Positions 58,751 to 64,000 of a stretch of DNA of 64,000 nt are shown here, in pieces. Numbering within the stretch: position 1 is the first letter of the stretch; every line of letters begins with the position of its first letter. The position numbers and the translations under genes were made by a program. The stretch is from Candidatus Magasanikiibacteriota bacterium. GTDB taxonomy: Bacteria > Patescibacteriota > Patescibacteriia > Magasanikbacterales > UBA922. A model generated the notes under the pieces. The model did no database searches, was not told the DNA's origin, and worked only from the letters and a program-made list of their open reading frames with translations. The stretch lies in the NCBI GenBank assembly GCA_003482855.1, contig DMXO01000004.1, positions 58,224 through 122,223 of the forward strand, read 5' to 3'.

Positions 58751-61700
58751 ATGAAAACAGAGATTTGGGACAAGATTCCTTATCACTTTTATAAGTTAAT
58801 AAGTGTTTTTTTTGTTGCTCTATTATTTGTATTAGGGTCGTTTTATTTTACTGATGCATACACGTGGGGTTCTATCCAGACAGTAGATGCTGGAGTTGGA
58901 GATATGATGTATATGAATCATCGTGGCGGAGTGCTTTTTGATAATAGTTTAGCTGTGATGGTGACTTATCACGATGCAATAGAACATGTACAATATTTCA
59001 AATATGCACCTAACCCTGCCAGTGTTTCATGGACCACTGTTGCTCTAGAGGATTATGCAGGTGGAAGTGGCTATGGATACAATTCGTCCATACAGATGAA
59101 CCCAAATGATGGTTCTATTTTAGTTGTATACAATATCCAGCATGCTGATGCGATCACCTATCTCAAATATGCCAAGTGCAATGCAAATTTTGATGGCTCT
59201 AATTGTACAGACATATCTGATTGGACTATTGGTACATTGGATGATTCTAATCCAGCAATTACCTATTTCCAAGATTTAGAGTATGATGATTTTAATGATC
59301 GATGGGGTATTCTCTATTTTGGAGGGACAAGTTTGACAGAACTGTATTATAAGACTTCGGTAACTGGCACAGAGTCTTTGGATAGCTGGACAACTCAGCG
59401 TACCCTGACATATGACCTTGGAAATTGGCCAGACGGATATCATCGCAATCTTGCTTTTGGGCCAAGTGGGCAGGCAGCCATTGGTGCTTTCAGAGCTTCT
59501 GGGGGAAACACGTGCCCCTTGGTACATCATTACAATGGGTCATCATGGACACAAAAAAGTGATTTTGAAAATTGTGCCGCACAAAATACGCCAGGTACGA
59601 GTGTTGGGTATGATAGTTCTGGCAATCTTCTTGTCGCATACATGAGAAAAGTGGATGGAACACCATATTGGGATTCATGGAAATACAGTGCGAGTACTTG
59701 GACAGACCTTGGTACTATAGAGGAGTCGGTGGATAATGAGGTTAACAATGGAGAAGGTGGTAGTCTAGTTCGTATGGCAAGTGGACATCTGTCTTATGTA
59801 TATTATACGAACTCATTTACTAGTTTTGTTTATACTATTCGCCATGTGGAATGGGATGGTTCCAATTGGGGGACCCCAGAGACAATAAAGGCCTCGGGTG
59901 GCCAAAAGTATAAAAATCCATTTCATGATATGAGTTATAATGATGGATTTGGCGTAGCTTTTTTTGATGATCAGGCGTCAGATATTTTGAATTTTGTATA
60001 TTCAGCCCCTCTCAATGTTGCTCCTACTCTTACAGATTTTTATCCTGCTCAGAATGTAGGATTTAACACGGTCACGGTTACTACCACGATTGCAGATGCA
60101 GATGGCGATATTACGAGTTCCACATTTCAGTATTCTTTGAACGGGACAGATTGGTCAAACGCGACCATCAGTTCTGTGACTCAAGTTGAAGCGGGGGACG
60201 GCGTGGTGACATCGGCAGGATCTTTGACAGATATTGACACAGACACAGATACAGACAATAGTGTGAATTTGACTATTGTATGGAACGCAGGAATTGACGC
60301 GCCAAATACCAATACGACGACTGCATATATACGTATGATACCCTATGATAGTACTACGAACGGAACTACGTATACATCCGCAGCATTTACTTTAGACACA
60401 CTTGATCCTACAGCCCCCGGAGCGCTCACCATGAACACCACGTCCACCAATTCAGTTATACTTAATTTTGGTAGTGCATCGAGTGACACGCATTTTTCTG
60501 AATACAAGATATTTTATAAAATAGGTTCATCGAGCGTGACCGAATCAGACACGGCATTTACTTCAAGTAGTGATATAAATCTCTCTGCTGAAAATTTTAA
60601 TGCCGCACTTACTACCTCTATTTCTTCGCTTGCGTCCAATACGCAATATGTAAACAATATATGGGCGTATGATACATTTGGCAATAGCGCGTCGTCGACT
60701 TCAGAATTAGCATTTTATACGCTTGCACCTACACCGACAAATGTCGCGACTACTTCGCTTGCTACGAGTTCCGCAGCATTTGATGTTGACACATTCAATA
60801 ATCATAACAGCGCGTCTTCAAGTTATTATTTTCGTGTTATTAAAACAGTAGATTTGTCAGAGGCAGGTAATTCTGGATGGCAGGCAGGGGACAATACATG
60901 GAGTATTTCAGGGTTGAGTGAACTGACTGGATATGAAGTATTTGCCCGATATAGAAATGGAGATGGTATCGAGACAGCTGAAGAAAGTCTGGTGTTTACG
61001 ACACTTGAAAGTGCGCCACTCGTACCTGCCATTACATCGGCGACAAGTACGGCATCAAATATCATACATATAATTCTTGACCCAAATGGCAATGCATCGA
61101 CCACGACATATCTCGTGCATGATTCAGTAGACAATGTATATTTGCAAGCAGGTATGACATGGAGCGTGGGAGAAGCATGGCTGTCCTATGAGCAGTTGGG
61201 AGAATTGTCTGGGATTAGTACGACAGGTTTGTCACCAAATACACAACATACTATAGAGGCAAAGGCAAAAAATGTTTCAGAAGAACAGACAGCGTATGGA
61301 TCTTCCCAAGGTGTATACACATTGGCCAACATTCCTCTGGCTCCGACGCTTACGGCCTCGAGTACGAGCATAATACATCTAGCTATTGGCACGAATTCAA
61401 ATCCAGATGCAACAGAATATGTATTGTGTCAGACAGGTGATGGTGCAACATGCGCATCCAATGGATATGTGCAAGCAGACGGGACTTTGGGTGCTTCTGA
61501 AATTTGGCGTTCATACACATTGTGGGGTGGTGCATCAGGGATAGATATTTCCGGACTTGTAGCAAACACGCAATATCAATTTTTGGTAAAAGCGCGGAAT
61601 GGGGATAATACAGAGACATCTTTGGGAACAGGCGCGAGTGCCTATACCTTTGCGTCAGCACCAACCTCAGTGAGTGCTTCAGTAGAAGGAAGCAACGTGA

Positions 61701-64000
61701 TTGTCTCATGGTCAGGGACAGCGAGTGCCTATTATGTAGAAGACAGTGCAAATGCAGGGACAAACTCAGGTTGGATTACTGCGACTTCATATACCTTTTC
61801 AAGTTTGAGTAATGGTTCATATACATTTCATGTAAAAGGAAAGAACGCGGCGGATGTGGATACTAGTTTTGTGAGCGCATCGAGCGTGGTAGTGAATGTA
61901 GGGAACCCATCTACCCCTCCGCCTCCGCCACCTCCTCCACCGCCCCTCTGTGTAGATGATACGTGTGATACATGTGATGACCCACCGTGTGATCCACCAC
62001 CAAGTGGGCTTATGAATATTGATAACAATGCTGCCTATGCCTTGTCAAGGTTTGTTACGTTATATTTTAATACGCAGTTTGTAAATCAATATGCCGTGTC
62101 AGTAGATCCAACATTTGCTGGCGAAAGTTTTCATCCTATTGTTCCATCATTACCCTTTACATTACCTGATGGTTATGGCAAAAAGACTGTCTACGCTCGG
62201 TTTATCAATCAGTACGGTACATATGATACATACGATGATATTGAGTTGGCCAAAGCATCCTGTCAAAATTATCCACCTGATTTTGTATCAGTGACGGATA
62301 TAGATGGTGACAATGTTCCTTTGGATGGTAAGGGGAATCTTCATGTTACCTATAACGTAAGCACATTGGATGTATATTTTGATTATCATGATTGCCCTTA
62401 TGATTATGATAGTTATCGTCTGTATATAAGTGACAAACCATTTTCAGATACGAATGAAGGTATTCTGTGGTCCTCTTGGAGTCTTTTTGGACAGCATGTT
62501 TTTGAAGACAAAAGATTAAATTTCCGGACAAATTTTTTCTACAATACAGTCAATTTGAAATTGGGGAAATTGCCAGAAACATTATATATGAGAATGCTTT
62601 TTACCCTCAAAGGGGAGCTGACATATGGCGATCCCATCTCAGTACATGTGGTTCCGATGTCCAATCAAGAATTTTGTAATTATTTTCCTGGAGAGCAATA
62701 TATTTCAGATAAGATGTATTTATTAGATTATCCTTTTCCTTTCATACCGGCTTTCACGTATAGCAAAATTTGTGTAGGAGACGAAGATACAGACCATGAT
62801 GGCATTATCAATAAATACGATAATTGTCCAACGACGCATAATCCTGATCAGAAAGATAATGATGGTGATGGCATGGGTGATGTCTGTGATTTGGATGAAA
62901 AGGATACTGATCAAGATGGTATTCCAGATAGTCAGGACAACTGTTTTGCTACATATAATCCGAATCAATCGGATGTGGATGGCGATGGTATGGGTGATGT
63001 TTGTGATGAGTGTATGCATGATCCTCAAAATGATTTCGATGGGGATAGGACGTGTGGCGATAAGGATAATTGTCCACTCGTATCAAATTTTGATCAACAA
63101 GATAGTGACACTGATAGTGTCGGTGACGCATGTGATGTGTGTCCAGGTGATGTACTTAATGACATAGATAAAGATGGTATTTGTGGTTTGATAGATATAT
63201 GTCCTTATGATTTAGACAACGACCAAGACAAAGACAGTATTTGTGGTGATGTAGATAACTGTGTTAGTACATATAATCCTGATCAAGCTGACGTCAATGG
63301 CAATGGCGTGGGTGATGTCTGTGATAAGCCACCAGCGGTTTGTGGTAATAATATTGTTGAACAAGGTGAGGATTGTGACGGATTTGCTACAGATAATTTT
63401 TATTGTAGTCTAAGTTGTAGACTTATCCAGATTATTCCAGATCCAATTTGTGGTAATGGGATTGTTGAACAAGGTGAAGTGTGTGATGACAGTAATATCG
63501 CCTCAGGTGATGGTTGTTCGCCTGCGTGCTCTCTCGAACAAACTGACCATATAGACACAACAGGTGATGAAACTACAAGAGACGGCCAATTGTTTTCTTT
63601 CACAGATGGTATCACTCACACGATTGCGCGTATCACACACAATATTGCTGAGTCAATTAAAACATTAGGACGTGCGGTAATTGATGTAGTGCCAGAATCA
63701 GTAAAAGCACTAGCACGCAACGTAGTACAGGCGGTTCAAAAAGTCATAGACAATCCACAAGTCGAAAAAATAAACGAGATATTTGTTGCTCCGACTCTCG
63801 TAGTTGTTGGAGCTGCAAATGTTGCAGTAGGATTCCAGTTGCCCAATATATTCGCATTTTTACGTTATATATTTGGTCAGCCTATTATGGCATTGCGTCG
63901 TCGCAAACAAAAGAAATGGGGTGTGGTGTACGACGCATTCACCAAACAACCTCTTGACTTAGCTACTATTCGTGTAGTTGATGCAGAAAAGGGGAATGTT
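58751..64000 (+). CDS. Second giant surface protein, partial (runs off window; >1740 aa), with FN3-like repeats, poly-Pro linker, thrombospondin type-3-like Ca-binding repeats and Cys-rich CGNGIVEQGE-C-D repeats
   Basis: Open frame from ATG 58751 to the window end with no stop (hence missing from the ORF track); DxDxDGxxDxxDNCP TSP3-like repeats at about 62790-63330; CGNxIVEQGExCD repeats at about 63330-63500. Confidence 0.7.
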   Translation, partial: MKTEIWDKIPYHFYKLISVFFVALLFVLGSFYFTDAYTWGSIQTVDAGVGDMMYMNHRGGVLFDNSLAVMVTYHDAIEHVQYFKYAPNPASVSWTTVALEDYAGGSGYGYNSSIQMNPNDGSILVVYNIQHADAITYLKYAKCNANFDGSNCTDISDWTIGTLDDSNPAITYFQDLEYDDFNDRWGILYFGGTSLTELYYKTSVTGTESLDSWTTQRTLTYDLGNWPDGYHRNLAFGPSGQAAIGAFRASGGNTCPLVHHYNGSSWTQKSDFENCAAQNTPGTSVGYDSSGNLLVAYMRKVDGTPYWDSWKYSASTWTDLGTIEESVDNEVNNGEGGSLVRMASGHLSYVYYTNSFTSFVYTIRHVEWDGSNWGTPETIKASGGQKYKNPFHDMSYNDGFGVAFFDDQASDILNFVYSAPLNVAPTLTDFYPAQNVGFNTVTVTTTIADADGDITSSTFQYSLNGTDWSNATISSVTQVEAGDGVVTSAGSLTDIDTDTDTDNSVNLTIVWNAGIDAPNTNTTTAYIRMIPYDSTTNGTTYTSAAFTLDTLDPTAPGALTMNTTSTNSVILNFGSASSDTHFSEYKIFYKIGSSSVTESDTAFTSSSDINLSAENFNAALTTSISSLASNTQYVNNIWAYDTFGNSASSTSELAFYTLAPTPTNVATTSLATSSAAFDVDTFNNHNSASSSYYFRVIKTVDLSEAGNSGWQAGDNTWSISGLSELTGYEVFARYRNGDGIETAEESLVFTTLESAPLVPAITSATSTASNIIHIILDPNGNASTTTYLVHDSVDNVYLQAGMTWSVGEAWLSYEQLGELSGISTTGLSPNTQHTIEAKAKNVSEEQTAYGSSQGVYTLANIPLAPTLTASSTSIIHLAIGTNSNPDATEYVLCQTGDGATCASNGYVQADGTLGASEIWRSYTLWGGASGIDISGLVANTQYQFLVKARNGDNTETSLGTGASAYTFASAPTSVSASVEGSNVIVSWSGTASAYYVEDSANAGTNSGWITATSYTFSSLSNGSYTFHVKGKNAADVDTSFVSASSVVVNVGNPSTPPPPPPPPPPLCVDDTCDTCDDPPCDPPPSGLMNIDNNAAYALSRFVTLYFNTQFVNQYAVSVDPTFAGESFHPIVPSLPFTLPDGYGKKTVYARFINQYGTYDTYDDIELAKASCQNYPPDFVSVTDIDGDNVPLDGKGNLHVTYNVSTLDVYFDYHDCPYDYDSYRLYISDKPFSDTNEGILWSSWSLFGQHVFEDKRLNFRTNFFYNTVNLKLGKLPETLYMRMLFTLKGELTYGDPISVHVVPMSNQEFCNYFPGEQYISDKMYLLDYPFPFIPAFTYSKICVGDEDTDHDGIINKYDNCPTTHNPDQKDNDGDGMGDVCDLDEKDTDQDGIPDSQDNCFATYNPNQSDVDGDGMGDVCDECMHDPQNDFDGDRTCGDKDNCPLVSNFDQQDSDTDSVGDACDVCPGDVLNDIDKDGICGLIDICPYDLDNDQDKDSICGDVDNCVSTYNPDQADVNGNGVGDVCDKPPAVCGNNIVEQGEDCDGFATDNFYCSLSCRLIQIIPDPICGNGIVEQGEVCDDSNIASGDGCSPACSLEQTDHIDTTGDETTRDGQLFSFTDGITHTIARITHNIAESIKTLGRAVIDVVPESVKALARNVVQAVQKVIDNPQVEKINEIFVAPTLVVVGAANVAVGFQLPNIFAFLRYIFGQPIMALRRRKQKKWGVVYDAFTKQPLDLATIRVVDAEKGNV

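Noticed and set aside
62723-63167. His/Ile-rich small ORFs (both strands) at 62.7-63.2 kb
   Set aside because: They lie inside the TSP3-repeat-coding part of the giant + strand ORF (GAT/GAC-rich DNA gives His/Ile frames). Not independent genes.
1-64000. CRISPR array or integrase/transposase-bounded mobile element
   Set aside because: No regularly spaced direct repeats and no integrase, transposase or recombinase-like ORF were found. The GC-rich cassettes lack flanking direct repeats apart from the single IR at 35719-35811.

Overview
The window is AT-rich bacterial DNA with compact genes; rpoB/rpoC and giant repeat-rich surface proteins suggest a Patescibacteria/CPR-like organism. Recognisable genes are a PilB/GspE ATPase, thrS, a PIG-L deacetylase, ahcY plus a PfkB kinase and a Ca/Na antiporter, a TRAM-domain RNA methyltransferase, several base-excision-repair genes (nth, an HhH-GPD glycosylase, exonuclease III, an AlkD-like protein), an MFS transporter, tRNA-Ser(CGA), an envelope polysaccharide cluster (ligase-like, EamA, flippase, SpoIID-like), recA, a RodZ-like gene, ftsK, rpoBC, two paralogous PEP-utilising mobile-domain proteins, pdxST, a YebC-family gene, ruvC and two giant surface proteins (the second runs off the window end). 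The most unusual feature is four short, strongly GC-rich coding cassettes inside this AT-rich backbone, at about 7.3-8.9 kb, 22.4-23.96 kb, 35.85-36.2 kb and 47.3-48.96 kb. Each has its own AT-rich sigma70-like promoter with a palindromic operator-like element, a strong Shine-Dalgarno and a local terminator. Two encode radical SAM enzymes (one SPASM-type, one B12-binding) and the others are small hypothetical proteins. This looks like horizontally acquired, host-regulated accessory modules, possibly a dispersed peptide or metabolite modification system, but the link between them cannot be shown from sequence alone. Other candidates are a T-box-like leader upstream of thrS, a leader with an intrinsic terminator upstream of the rSAM operon, and several long inverted repeats. 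No CRISPR array, integrase or transposase was seen.
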